DNA of 64,000 bases from a virus (lineage: Duplodnaviria > Heunggongvirae > Uroviricota > Caudoviricetes): positions 253,336-317,335 of the IMG/VR virus record IMGVR_UViG_3300009709_000001. The stretch is one strand, 5' to 3'. Shown here piece by piece: positions 16,075-25,982 of this stretch. Made by a program: the position numbers and the translations under genes. How positions within the stretch are numbered: position 1 is the first letter of the stretch; every line of letters starts with the position of its first letter. The notes under the pieces were generated by a model. The model did not search any database. It was not told the DNA's origin and saw nothing but the letters and a program-made list of their open reading frames with translations.

Positions 16075-16335
16075 TTAACTTATTCCGTATCGTCCAAAAT
16101 ATTCGGACAGATCGTCCATCAATTCCCAGTCAGTTACTTGATCAATTTTTCTTGACCAGTCCCATTTATTATCTTTCTGGACGTATTCGCGATACTTGTA
16201 TCTAATTAGAAAGTCGTCCGGAAATTGGGTAAGGTAGGCCGTTCTCGCGTACCAGCCTTCCCATCCAGTCAACTTACCCATTGGTGGATGACCGTACTTT
16301 AGGACAATGATTGTTTCAATTTCCGGCACGGACAT
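16075..16335 (-). CDS. LKY-family protein
   Basis: MSVPEIETIIVLKYG. Confidence 0.8.
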   Translation of the reverse strand: MSVPEIETIIVLKYGHPPMGKLTGWEGWYARTAYLTQFPDDFLIRYKYREYVQKDNKWDWSRKIDQVTDWELMDDLSEYFGRYGIS

Positions 16336-16521
16336 ATTTGTATAATTCGTCTTCGACAAGCATCTTGGTAGTTGCCTTTATCCAGAATCCATCGGTGTAG
16401 TTGAACATCTCTTTGAATTTGTCCGGCAGGCCTAGAATAAATGCAGCACGCTCGACCCTGTCAGCGGGCACTGGCCCAAACGTAATTTTACCAGCGTCTG
16501 GATTTCTTTTATGGATGACAT
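16316..16521 (-). pseudogene. LKY-family ORF with apparent 1-nt homopolymer deletion (~16478)
   Basis: 206 nt; adding one T gives MSSIKEIQTLVKLRFGPVP... Confidence 0.55.
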
Positions 16522-16711
16522 ATAGGAAAAGGGCTTTTGATAGCCCTTAGTTTAACACAGCTGGATAGAAACTCTCAACTTGAGCGCACAGCCCAAGCAC
16601 GCAAACAACCTAGAAATCAAGCACTAAATTGCACGGAAAAACGCAAATGCAGCACTGGAAAAGTGCTGCACAGGGTCTGGGCTTGCGTGCTTTTGCACGC
16701 GCTGCAATGTT

Positions 16712-16879
16712 TCAGAGCTTAACCAGATGCAGGAGTTGTCCGGCAACGTTCCAGCAGGCCAAGCACATCAGATGAATGATGATAACACGGCCCGCATAGG
16801 TGACTTTGCCCCACCTGAAGAAAGCGCCGACAACCATTGCTGTGATGAACAATGTGAAGACTACATGGAGCGTGAACAT
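16712..16879 (-). CDS. small membrane protein
   Basis: Hydrophobic; promoter upstream. Confidence 0.6.
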   Translation of the reverse strand: MFTLHVVFTLFITAMVVGAFFRWGKVTYAGRVIIIHLMCLACWNVAGQLLHLVKL

Positions 16880-16954
16880 TTCAATCATCCTCAAAATTGC
16901 GATGGACAAATAGTAACAGGAGCCGAAGCCCCTGTCAACCACGTTGCGAAGCGT

Positions 16955-17548
16955 TTAGTGCTTCGTGCCGTCGCCACCAAAGGCGCGCAGATCGAAGTTG
17001 CCGTCGCCAGGCTTCACGTCGGCGGTGTTGTGTTCGACACCAGGCCCGGGAGGGAGGCCGTCGATCTCGGCCGGCAAGTTGTCGAGGTTGCCCAGGACCT
17101 TCACCTGCACGTGGTCGGGGATACCGAGGGCCTGCCGGAGTGCCGCTTCGATGCCGGCCGCGGGCTTCGGCGCGTAAGGGCCAGTCTTCATCATACGGTG
17201 CACGGCGTCGTCGTACTGTTCCTTGGTGCCGCCGGGGATGTTGCGTTCCAGGGACTTGCGGATGCTGGCCGCCACCATGGCTTCCATCTCCTCGCGCGGC
17301 GGCGGGTTGTCGCTTTCCATCAGGTCGTTGATGCGGACCATTTCGCGGGTGGATTCCTGCATGTGCGCGGGCAGCAGATGGCAGTAGGTCTTGCCGATGT
17401 AGTACATTGACGGCAGTTCACGGAACTGGGCCGCCATCATGTAGGCCTCCGCCAGTGCCGCCGGCCCGTGTTCGGCCAGGTCGTCGATGAGCATCTTGGA
17501 CACGGTGTCCATCATCTCGCTGAGTTTCGGTCGACGTTGCGTTTCCAT
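16955..17548 (-). CDS. hypothetical protein (GC-rich)
   Basis: GGAGG RBS; promoter TTGACA-N17-CATAAT. Confidence 0.85.
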   Translation of the reverse strand: METQRRPKLSEMMDTVSKMLIDDLAEHGPAALAEAYMMAAQFRELPSMYYIGKTYCHLLPAHMQESTREMVRINDLMESDNPPPREEMEAMVAASIRKSLERNIPGGTKEQYDDAVHRMMKTGPYAPKPAAGIEAALRQALGIPDHVQVKVLGNLDNLPAEIDGLPPGPGVEHNTADVKPGDGNFDLRAFGGDGTKH

Positions 17549-17627
17549 GGTTAAAGCCTCCTTGGCTTTGCGTTGATCGTGCTCTAATTATGTGGCAGGG
17601 CACGTGGTCTGTCAACAGATTATTGAA

Positions 17628-18188
17628 TTAGTATTGCGACAGAATATCGTCGATTCTTTTTTGTCTTTTCTGATAATGGACGATAATAGCACCGATTTGG
17701 ACTCTCTCAACATGCAAGGGATCTTTCTTTCGACCCCTCTGTGTCTCGGAAGATTTTCTTTTCTGTTCTTCGGTTCTGTGTAATCCAGTTCTCGATGCCG
17801 ACATCTTAGCGCGTGTCGAATCCTTTGTTGCCACCCTTCTCAATTGGGACTCGGAGTTCTTTTTCTTGCGGGCCTCGCTATGTGGAACTTTTCTTGCATC
17901 GGACATTCTTCTTTTAATCCATCCGAATAATTTATTGTTTGTTCTTGTGCCATCACCGGACTGTGTCATTAGCATGGCAGCATAAACCAATTTTGGATTA
18001 TCTGGGTGCATTCTGACAAGAAGCTGATGTGCAAGATAATGCTCTTCGGGCGTAAGACGAACAATGTTTATCTTATCATCATTGCCACCCATGCACTTAG
18101 GAATAATGTGGTGGCGTTCCGTATACTCGGATATTGTTCTATATTTTGCGCGATAGATAAGGCAGTAGTAGATGAATTCGTATTTCAT
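17628..18188 (-). CDS. free-standing HNH homing endonuclease with NUMOD3-like tail
   Basis: ERHHIIPKCMGG...LTPEEHYLAH; HSE..K..S repeats. Confidence 0.85.
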   Translation of the reverse strand: MKYEFIYYCLIYRAKYRTISEYTERHHIIPKCMGGNDDKINIVRLTPEEHYLAHQLLVRMHPDNPKLVYAAMLMTQSGDGTRTNNKLFGWIKRRMSDARKVPHSEARKKKNSESQLRRVATKDSTRAKMSASRTGLHRTEEQKRKSSETQRGRKKDPLHVERVQIGAIIVHYQKRQKRIDDILSQY

Positions 18189-18199
18189 CCACTATTTAC

Positions 18200-19072
18200 T
18201 CAGAAACTTGCAGGTATCCCGATTTTTCCGCAATTAGCCTTATACGTTCCACGGGCCAGCTGGCGATCGTAGCCGTTCACACGCATCATTTCGGCAATGA
18301 TCTGTTCGTATGTCTTACCGGAATGAAACCAGTGATAGATGATCTTTCGGCTAATGGAGGCCTTGCTTTCACCGGTATTGATAGAAACTGCAGGACCGGA
18401 GGCCGAGGGGGATGGTCGTACAGTAGCAGGGCGCACTACAGGCGCAATCTGTCCAACGCTTGCAGGGGCTGTAACCGTGCTTGCAGCGCGTTTTCCAACA
18501 AACGGCCCCTGCTTTTGTGCCAACGTATGACCGTCGACACCCACAATGTAATACGTGGAACCCGGCAACACCGAACCCCAGCTTGCCTTCGTGTAATCCA
18601 ACGGAATACCGACTGCAAGCTTTGCATGCCACTTTTCATTCAGTCGCACAGTCTTACCGGTTGTGGTAACATATTCGAACGTGCGGCCCTTTCCGTGCAC
18701 CGTTTCTTGAGTGTGAAGACGTGCCCCAGTTCCACCGAGTGCCCTGCAAACCGAATACCAGCCTGCATCATGGCCGTATCCCAGTTCCGGCCGCATATCA
18801 CAAACGATATGTGCAACTTCATGCGGCAGGGTTTCGTTGATCATTTCATCGGGATTCCGATGAAGCATATCTCGGTTGAACTTGACCTTTGCCCACAGGA
18901 CTTCTCCTGCGTCATTCTTCCTCGTAAGTGCCCATCCGGCCACCCGACCACGAAGATTGAAGCTCACCTCCATATTGGAGAGGTCGACCTGATATGCGCG
19001 CTTGACGGTTTCGACAAGCTCCTTGAAGCGTGCAAGGAGACGTTGTTCCGGAGTTTGGGTGGTCTGCATCAT
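18200..19072 (-). CDS. SprT-like Zn metalloprotease with C-terminal helical DNA-binding-like module
   Basis: LRGRVAG, TLPHEVAH (HExxH), GHDAGW. Confidence 0.85.
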   Translation of the reverse strand: MMQTTQTPEQRLLARFKELVETVKRAYQVDLSNMEVSFNLRGRVAGWALTRKNDAGEVLWAKVKFNRDMLHRNPDEMINETLPHEVAHIVCDMRPELGYGHDAGWYSVCRALGGTGARLHTQETVHGKGRTFEYVTTTGKTVRLNEKWHAKLAVGIPLDYTKASWGSVLPGSTYYIVGVDGHTLAQKQGPFVGKRAASTVTAPASVGQIAPVVRPATVRPSPSASGPAVSINTGESKASISRKIIYHWFHSGKTYEQIIAEMMRVNGYDRQLARGTYKANCGKIGIPASF

Positions 19073-19374
19073 GCTTCCTTCAGGCCTTCGACCTCGCAGG
19101 AGTTGTCATCTTCACCGTGCGAAATACGAGTGAATTCGGCTGCAATCCATTCTTGCATGGGCAGCACGGGCTTCGGACGCATGCCACGGAACTGGCTGTC
19201 GTACCAGTCGTTCTTCAGGACTTCCATCGGGCTGTCCATCCGTTCGATGATGATCACGCAGCTATGGAATCCATGCACACCGGAATGCTGCATCACAGTC
19301 ACTGCCATTTCACGGTCCCAGAACATATACTGCTGGTTTGCTGAAATGTGAATTTGGTTAGGCTTAACAATCAT
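19069..19374 (-). CDS. hypothetical protein
   Basis: AGGAG RBS, promoter upstream. Confidence 0.7.
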   Translation of the reverse strand: MIVKPNQIHISANQQYMFWDREMAVTVMQHSGVHGFHSCVIIIERMDSPMEVLKNDWYDSQFRGMRPKPVLPMQEWIAAEFTRISHGEDDNSCEVEGLKEA

Positions 19375-19511
19375 GTTCTCAACTCCTGCTTGCGATGTAT
19401 GTATTATGTGCAAATGGTCGGAAATGGTCAATACCTGATTTCACAAAAGGCGAAAAGGACCGCACGGATCCTTTTCGCGAATCGAACGCATCCCCGTGGA
19501 CTGCGTGTCGA

Positions 19512-19988
19512 TTACTCGGCCTTGGCGTCGGCGGCCGGGGCAGCAGCGCCGCCTTCGGTGGTCGAAGCAGCCGGGGCCTCGGCCTTCTTGGTCGGCTTCT
19601 TGCCTTCGATCGGGGCAGCGACACCCTTGTCGGCGACCTTGGGCTGGTTGGCCTTGTAGGTGCCGCGCGCCAGCTGGCGGTCGTAGCCGTTCACGGTGAT
19701 CATCTCGGCGATGATCTTCTCGTACAGGGCCGTGGCGTCCAGGCGCTCGCCTTCGGGCAGGGCGTTGTTGGCTTCGGTCAGCGACACCATGATGCCGCGG
19801 GACTTGTCGGCCTTCGACTGGGGCTTCGGCTCGGCCTTGGGCTTCTCGACGGCCGTCACGGTCAGACCGCCGGTGGCGCTGGCGTCGGTGGAAACGGTGG
19901 GCTCGACGACGGTGCTGTCATTGGCGAAGCGGGTCAGCGACGTGGCAGCCAGCGTGGCGAGGGCGAGGGAGGTGTGGAGCTTCTTCAT
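19512..19988 (-). CDS. Ala/Lys-rich protein sharing the C-terminal module of the SprT gene
   Basis: YEKIIAEMITVNGYDRQLARGTYKAN; very GC3-rich. Confidence 0.85.
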   Translation of the reverse strand: MKKLHTSLALATLAATSLTRFANDSTVVEPTVSTDASATGGLTVTAVEKPKAEPKPQSKADKSRGIMVSLTEANNALPEGERLDATALYEKIIAEMITVNGYDRQLARGTYKANQPKVADKGVAAPIEGKKPTKKAEAPAASTTEGGAAAPAADAKAE

Positions 19989-20153
19989 AGCGATTCCTTA
20001 GCGGAAGAGTTTGGCCAAAATCGGCCGGGGCATCACGACGCACCATGCGTCGAGAATCGGTTACAACTTACTTGGCGCTTTGTTTGTTGCGGCGCTTTGT
20101 TTGTTGCGATGTCTGTATTATGTCTGCTCTGCTGGACGACGTCAACTGTTTTT

Positions 20154-20684
20154 TTAGGCTTTAGAAAGCGCCGTTGCAGCAATTTTCTTGTTTGCGGAAT
20201 CGTAGGCACGCATGTGAAGCTTGATGATGCCACGAAGACGCGGAATTTCATTGCGATCGAAACGTTCGTTCCAGCCAGACTCCTTTCGCGCAAGGAATTC
20301 AGCTTCTTCGAGGCTCAGCCGTCCTGGATAAGGCCTGAAATCCCGAAGCTTCTTTCCGGACTTCGCAATGCCGTCGGAGTCCACGAAGTAATTCACGCCA
20401 TCGATGTCCACTTCAAGGGCAACGTGGGTGAAGTACACACCACATTCTTCCCATGCCTGGAGATTGGGCACAGAGGAGGGCATTCTCCAGCGCACCTTAT
20501 CGATGTTTGTGCTTCCGATGTTGGCGCTGTCGGAAACCACGACTACCGAACATGGAATTTCTCGTTTCTGGAGTTCTTTGCCTAGAAGCGAAGCGTATAC
20601 GCAACAACCACCGTGGTTGATATCCGTAATCGCATCACTTGCAGCCGCTCCAAGGCTAAGCAATCGAGTAAGGAGGATGTTCAT
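20154..20684 (-). CDS. putative Cys-His-Asp (transglutaminase/papain-like) protein
   Basis: GGCCVYA...FTHVAL...YFVDSDG. Confidence 0.5.
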   Translation of the reverse strand: MNILLTRLLSLGAAASDAITDINHGGCCVYASLLGKELQKREIPCSVVVVSDSANIGSTNIDKVRWRMPSSVPNLQAWEECGVYFTHVALEVDIDGVNYFVDSDGIAKSGKKLRDFRPYPGRLSLEEAEFLARKESGWNERFDRNEIPRLRGIIKLHMRAYDSANKKIAATALSKA

Positions 20685-20686
20685 GA

Positions 20687-20995
20687 TCAGAAGAACGAAT
20701 GAGTGAGCTTGGTGTTCAGAAATTCGTTGATGGATTCGAACGGGCCGACTTCGTCGTTTTGGATTTCCCAACCGTTGCGACGGGCACCACCGAGGATGTC
20801 GCTGTCGTCGCCACCGTAGAACTTGAAGTCTACGGCGAACAGGTTGTCATCATCCTGAAAGAGGATGGCATACCACGCTTCGGCGCTGCGAACTGCGACT
20901 ACTTTCGACAACAGTTTTTCGTCCGCGAAGCCATAGACCTCGATCAGCTTCTTGAAGTGTTCGGGGATCTGCGAAAGGGTAGAAATCTTGGGCAT
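20687..20995 (-). CDS. hypothetical protein
   Basis: AGGAG RBS, own promoter. Confidence 0.8.
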   Translation of the reverse strand: MPKISTLSQIPEHFKKLIEVYGFADEKLLSKVVAVRSAEAWYAILFQDDDNLFAVDFKFYGGDDSDILGGARRNGWEIQNDEVGPFESINEFLNTKLTHSFF

Positions 20996-21076
20996 TTGCT
21001 GCTCCTGCGCGTGATGTTGTTATTATGTGATCAGCGATGGAGACTGTCAATCGGCTTTTGAAGTTTGCGCCGATCC

Positions 21077-21265
21077 TCACGTGAAGATTTCCATCTGTGC
21101 GAAGCGCTCGTGATGTACCATGCGGGTTTCGCCGGGAACATCGGTTGTCACGATGAAACAGGAACCTGCCCAGCCCAATGCCGTGTATTCTTTGCCCACG
21201 GTCATCACGTCAGCAGACGTATCGTTGGGCGCTTCATTGAGCTTGACTTGGGAGGGGAACTTCAT
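21077..21265 (-). CDS. hypothetical protein (MKFPSQV...)
   Basis: Operonic. Confidence 0.65.
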   Translation of the reverse strand: MKFPSQVKLNEAPNDTSADVMTVGKEYTALGWAGSCFIVTTDVPGETRMVHHERFAQMEIFT

Positions 21266-21266
21266 T

Positions 21267-21542
21267 TCAGTCTTTCTTATCGGATATGGGTCTGGTTCCC
21301 ATGTGGTTTGCATGGATGGCTATTGCTAGGCCGAAAGTTAGGCCTACCCAGAACAGCGCCCAGATGGAGACTGCCAGGAAGAACACGGTGGCGAGTGTGA
21401 CGATACCCGCAAGGCTGGTGGCCGCGTACAGGGTTTGGGCATCGGTCATCTTGACGATGCCCTCCATACAGAAGACTGTCACCAACCAGAGGATCTCCAT
21501 CCCCAGAATGATGAGGAGTGCAGGAAAGAATTCCATGTTCAC
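21267..21542 (-). CDS. membrane protein
   Basis: Multiple hydrophobic segments. Confidence 0.7.
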   Translation of the reverse strand: MNMEFFPALLIILGMEILWLVTVFCMEGIVKMTDAQTLYAATSLAGIVTLATVFFLAVSIWALFWVGLTFGLAIAIHANHMGTRPISDKKD

Positions 21543-21784
21543 TCTCCCGGATACAGGGAGTAGTAGATCTTCACACCCACCAGGGTGGAAAGTGCGGCAC
21601 CGAGGAATCCAAGGGGCCCATACAGCACCATCGGCGGGACAGCATTCATCAGCCAGCCAAGCACGGTGAACGGGACGAAAAGCTTTTGTGTCCAGCCCGT
21701 GAATTGATTCATGGCGAGCAGAAAGACGTGGGCCTCGGCCGCCACGAAGAACATGGCGATGAAGAAGCGATAATCGATGTCCAT
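21539..21784 (-). CDS. membrane protein
   Basis: Hydrophobic, GGAG RBS. Confidence 0.7.
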   Translation of the reverse strand: MDIDYRFFIAMFFVAAEAHVFLLAMNQFTGWTQKLFVPFTVLGWLMNAVPPMVLYGPLGFLGAALSTLVGVKIYYSLYPGE

Positions 21785-21785
21785 C

Positions 21786-22124
21786 TCACCACCCCTTGCG
21801 GTAAAGGATAGCCCATGCAGTGCCGGCAATCAACACGACCACCGGCAGGTTGGGCAGGCGAGTGCCCCACGTGCGTTCCGAGACCTTGAAGCTGTTGGGA
21901 TCCTTGCCTTCGGATTCCAGGCGACGCTTCACCATGGCTTCGTAGGCGTTGTTCTTCTCGTGCGTGAAGGCCATCACCGTGGCACCCACCATGCGCTTGA
22001 AGACGCGGCCCTGTTGCGGATTCTTCTGGCCGCCAGTCAGCTTGACGGCAGTCAGGGTATCCAGGCCGATGAAACTGCCGCCCGAGATGTCCTGGACAGC
22101 GTTGAGGAGAGCTTTGGGTGTCAT
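21786..22124 (-). CDS. hypothetical protein
   Basis: AGGAG RBS. Confidence 0.75.
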   Translation of the reverse strand: MTPKALLNAVQDISGGSFIGLDTLTAVKLTGGQKNPQQGRVFKRMVGATVMAFTHEKNNAYEAMVKRRLESEGKDPNSFKVSERTWGTRLPNLPVVVLIAGTAWAILYRKGW

Positions 22125-22185
22125 CTTGACTCCTGTGTTGCAGTATCTAAATTGTGCTACCTGCTACGCGGATTGTCAACAAGTA

Positions 22186-22572
22186 TTAGAAACGACTCTG
22201 GTCGATGGAGATCTTGCCGAATGCTTCGAAGTAGATGCCGTCCGGGTACACCATCGCGAGCTTCGTACCCATTTTCATCTTGACGGTGTCGAACACGCCC
22301 TCCTTCTGGAGCATCACGGCAATCTTGCCAGTGGAACGGCTTTCCCAGAGCTTCACCACACGCATGCCATTCAGTTCCAGATTGGCAATGCGAGCAGCTT
22401 GAATGTCGGTGGCCTTTGCCAATGCAGCAGAGAAGCGTGCATTTTGATTGGCACGGCGCCGCCTGCTGCTCGCCAATTCAGCTTCGATGCGAGCATCTCG
22501 TTCCTCGTCCGTTTCATTCATCAGACGATCGATCAGCTTCAACAGCCTGGCGATTTCGGTGCTTTGGCTCAT
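22186..22572 (-). CDS. coiled-coil hypothetical protein
   Basis: AGGAG RBS. Confidence 0.8.
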   Translation of the reverse strand: MSQSTEIARLLKLIDRLMNETDEERDARIEAELASSRRRRANQNARFSAALAKATDIQAARIANLELNGMRVVKLWESRSTGKIAVMLQKEGVFDTVKMKMGTKLAMVYPDGIYFEAFGKISIDQSRF

Positions 22573-22635
22573 GTTTTCAACTCCTGCTTATGATGTTTGT
22601 ATTGTGCCGCACCAATCGAAATAAGTCAATACGAC

Positions 22636-23076
22636 TTAATCAATTGCATCAACAGTGATGGAAGTGTGGGTATATCTGGTGTTGGCTGTGGATTTGTCAT
22701 CCGGGAGAATGAAACAGGGATTCACATTCCACCATTTCTCCGGACGATGGTCATCGGATATGCATCCGTCGGTAGCCACGAAGATCGTCGGGTCCAGAAT
22801 CTTCTGCGCGTCAAGGAAGTTCCATAGAAAGGTCAGGGACATCGGTCCCCAGCAATCTTCGAATCGTGGAGATTCCACAATTTCTCGGTAGTTCACCTGA
22901 GAATAGCACTCATACCGCTGGATGGTGGCATTCATCACGATGATATGAGCCGTGAAAGGCTCTGTGGACATCTGTTCACAAATGACAACTATCTTTTCAC
23001 GCCACTTCTTCAAGTCCCACGACATGGTCGAACCGGAAACGTCAAGCACGAAAACGAGGTTGCGATGAGCACTCAT
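22636..23076 (-). CDS. vWA (MIDAS) domain protein
   Basis: VFVLDVSGST (DxSxS) and IFVATDG. Confidence 0.75.
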   Translation of the reverse strand: MSAHRNLVFVLDVSGSTMSWDLKKWREKIVVICEQMSTEPFTAHIIVMNATIQRYECYSQVNYREIVESPRFEDCWGPMSLTFLWNFLDAQKILDPTIFVATDGCISDDHRPEKWWNVNPCFILPDDKSTANTRYTHTSITVDAID

Positions 23077-23696
23077 GATTGGCCTTCAGATCGGTTATTT
23101 GGTGGCGATCGTTTTTCCGGGGATCTGCCCGGTGGACACGCCGTCATGTGCATGAATTACTTCATACATGAAGGTTGCACTTGCCAAACAGAGGAGGAGA
23201 AGGGAACAGACAACCGAAATTGCCAGCAAAATGTTGCGAACAACGTTCATTTCTTTTCCTTCCACAGACCGAAGAACGGCTCAATGGTGCGGGTGAAGTA
23301 TTTCGGATTTGGCCAATGGATTTCGCTGACGGAAAGGCAATTGCCGAAATCGTCAACGACTACCTTCCATTTGATCATCCCAGACTCCTTTTCCAAACAC
23401 CGGTGAGTATCGTCCTCACAAACACCCTACCAAATTCCAACCTCTCGGTCCGGGGCATGGGCACTGAATTACGAAGTGGGCTATCTACAGCTTCGGTGCT
23501 TGGAAAAAGAAACTAGAACAGATTATTGAACAATTTGCAAACCACGCCTGCAATGATTTCCAGGCAGACAAGGATCACAAATGCGAGTACCAAAGTTTCC
23601 GAAATCATCTCGTACTCCTTCAATAAAAAAGGGAGGATGTCTTGACGTGATAGCAGCACACGCCCTACCACGGAGTGTCATCCTCCCGAAACCACA

Positions 23697-23939
23697 TCAG
23701 GTTGGCGTCGGCGCCTTCTTGAAGAAGCGTTCACCGATCGATTCCATGAGCTTTCGCCACATGAATTCCATCAGCATGAACAGGATGCCAACGATTGCGC
23801 CCAGCGCCGCCCCGCTTCCCACCGTCATGTAGAGGTAGAACAGGCTGCACACGGATCCCACCAGGGCCATCACAGCCAGGAACAGGATCGTTTCGATCCA
23901 CCACGGTGGGCGGACTTTGGGGTTCTTCACGGCATCCAT
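23697..23939 (-). CDS. membrane protein
   Basis: 2 TM. Confidence 0.7.
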   Translation of the reverse strand: MDAVKNPKVRPPWWIETILFLAVMALVGSVCSLFYLYMTVGSGAALGAIVGILFMLMEFMWRKLMESIGERFFKKAPTPT

Positions 23940-23940
23940 G

Positions 23941-24345
23941 TCAGTTCCTCACTTCGGCGACAGTTGCAGCATCGGCACCCATTTCGGTCAGGTGCTCCTT
24001 CAGGGACATTTCGGTCCAGCGCTGCTCATCGGCAGCCTTCTTGGCCTTGGCATCCGCTTCGACCTTCGCCTTGGCATCCGCTTCAGCCTTCGCCTTCGCG
24101 GCGGCCTCCTTGGCCTGCGTCGCCAGCACATTGGCGATCTCCTTGGCGGCCAGCTTCAGGGGCTCGGAAGCCGGTTCCGTCTGCGGCCAGCCCAGGCGTT
24201 GCTTCAGCGCGCGGCGGATGAAGTCCTCGTGCTTGACGACGGCGATTTCCTTCGGCGTGCGGGCCTTCGCCAGCAGCATCACGGCACGGCGGTCATCCAC
24301 GGTCACCACGTTGCGGCGGGCAATCTTGCGGTTCGTCTTCAGCAT
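23941..24345 (-). CDS. Ala/Lys-rich hypothetical protein
   Basis: AGGAG RBS, GC3-rich. Confidence 0.8.
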   Translation of the reverse strand: MLKTNRKIARRNVVTVDDRRAVMLLAKARTPKEIAVVKHEDFIRRALKQRLGWPQTEPASEPLKLAAKEIANVLATQAKEAAAKAKAEADAKAKVEADAKAKKAADEQRWTEMSLKEHLTEMGADAATVAEVRN

Positions 24346-24406
24346 GTCAGCTCCTTTTGCTGTTTGTGTTGCGATGTTGTTACTTTAGCGCCTGTTTGTG
24401 GACGCG

Positions 24407-24697
24407 TCAAGCACTTTGTGAAAGCATGTCCGGCGGCGCCAGCTCGGAAAGCACCTTGTTTGCCCAGTCCAGCGCCTCGTTCCAATTCTGGCTGAGTAGC
24501 ATGTAGGTAACTTCTCCCCAACCCTTGTGGGTAGCCCAGGAAGCCTCGGCTTCCTCACATGCCTGCCTCAAGGATTTACTATAGAAATCCCTTGGCGGAA
24601 CTCCCTTGTAGCATTCCCTGGAAGCCACATGGTCATAGCTGGCTTCACGGATGTTGGCAGCCAGACGGATGCACTCGGCGAGATTGACGTGGGACAT
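24407..24697 (-). CDS. hypothetical protein, paralog of 24698
   Basis: SYD.VA...FY.KSLRQA..EA. Confidence 0.8.
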   Translation of the reverse strand: MSHVNLAECIRLAANIREASYDHVASRECYKGVPPRDFYSKSLRQACEEAEASWATHKGWGEVTYMLLSQNWNEALDWANKVLSELAPPDMLSQSA

Positions 24698-24961
24698 TTA
24701 CGGCTCCTGATGTTGAATTACGAAATCGGCCCACTCGTTGGTTTCATCCCAAGCTTTCACCAGCCTGTCGAAGATGGTATCAGCGAATGCACGACCGCCA
24801 TAGAAGCGTAGAGCCGCTTCGTTTACCGCCTGTCGAAGTGACTTGCGATAAAAGGAATTGATGTCAACCAGCCCAGTGCGAGAGGCAGCCACTTCATCGT
24901 AGCTATCCTCTCGCAGTTTCACTGCCAACTTCACAAGCTTGGCGAGATCGAGCATGGTCAT
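24698..24961 (-). CDS. hypothetical protein, paralog of 24407
   Basis: SYD.VA...FY.KSLRQA..EA. Confidence 0.8.
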   Translation of the reverse strand: MTMLDLAKLVKLAVKLREDSYDEVAASRTGLVDINSFYRKSLRQAVNEAALRFYGGRAFADTIFDRLVKAWDETNEWADFVIQHQEP

Positions 24962-25132
24962 AGGTCACCTTTTGATCGGGTAACCAATAGGGGCCATGGC
25001 CGAAGACAGCCGTCGAAACTCCTGCCGGGCTTCACGAACGCGTTCGATGCAATCCATGTAGTCGGCAATCGGCGCAGTGAACTGCGTGCGCAGATAGTGT
25101 TCGACGAACCGTTCTTCGTTCATGACATGGCC

Positions 25133-25390
25133 TTACTTGCGCTTGGCGCCGGACTTCTTCACGTTCGGGAAGCCGTTGCCATGGCCGCCGGAACGGTTGT
25201 TGTGGCTGTGGGTGCGCATGCCGATGCGCAACTTGCCTTCGCCGTAGTGGCGATGGTCGGGGCCCAGGTGGACCTCGTGTTCGAAATGGCTGGGCTTGCC
25301 GTCCTTGCCTTGGATGAACTGGCCGCGGGCCTTCTTGGCTTCGACCTTGCTCTCGAAATCGGTTCCGTTGACGACGAACAGACGCTTCAT
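25133..25390 (-). CDS. basic His/Gly-rich protein
   Basis: GGAG RBS, GC3-rich. Confidence 0.8.
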   Translation of the reverse strand: MKRLFVVNGTDFESKVEAKKARGQFIQGKDGKPSHFEHEVHLGPDHRHYGEGKLRIGMRTHSHNNRSGGHGNGFPNVKKSGAKRK

Positions 25391-25488
25391 AGTGTTTTAC
25401 ACTCCACGTTGAGGGTTGATGATCTGCGCGCCATTGCAGCGCGCAGTGTCTTAACTATACCTGCTAACTTGGAAATTGTCAACAGGTT

Positions 25489-25716
25489 TTAGAAGAACAA
25501 ATTTGGGTCCTTGGCCTTCCGCAGTTCGAAGGAAACGTTGTGGAGGTATTGTCCGAGTGCTCGCATGACATCCTCGGCGGAACAGTTCGGATGACGAATT
25601 TCCCCGTTGACCTTCACAAGGTAGGCAATGCCCGCTGGATTTTGCAGGCTGCCAACCGGCGATTGAACAACCTCGAGGGTTGAACTTTCGCCCAGATCAA
25701 CTTCGATGATGGTCAT
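25489..25716 (-). CDS. hypothetical protein
   Basis: Coupled operon. Confidence 0.7.
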   Translation of the reverse strand: MTIIEVDLGESSTLEVVQSPVGSLQNPAGIAYLVKVNGEIRHPNCSAEDVMRALGQYLHNVSFELRKAKDPNLFF

Positions 25717-25982
25717 TTCTGCTCCTGCATTGGATTCAAATCCACGCCCGGGTTCATCAGTTCGGCCTCCACGGCCTCCAACTGCGCCTGCATTGCGTCC
25801 AAGATGAACAGGGTGTCCACGAGCACCATGTTCACACAGCCACTCTTCTTGATGTCGGTGACCGACGTAACCGAAATGCAGGCGCGCTTAGCGTCATCCG
25901 AGCTGCCGACATCCAGCAGGCGTTTCAGGTTTTGACGCTGATAGACCAGCTTCTGGACGGTGTCGAGTTGATGAATATTCAT
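25713..25982 (-). CDS. hypothetical protein
   Basis: Coupled operon. Confidence 0.7.
   Translation of the reverse strand: MNIHQLDTVQKLVYQRQNLKRLLDVGSSDDAKRACISVTSVTDIKKSGCVNMVLVDTLFILDAMQAQLEAVEAELMNPGVDLNPMQEQK

Noticed and set aside
16727-20585. Long plus-strand ORFs (16727-17410, 18323-19351, 19395-20585)
   Set aside because: Antisense shadows of GC3-rich minus-strand genes that have RBSs and recognisable motifs; likewise 3613-4488(-), 26731-27555(+), 31465-32403(+) and 35825-36652(+).
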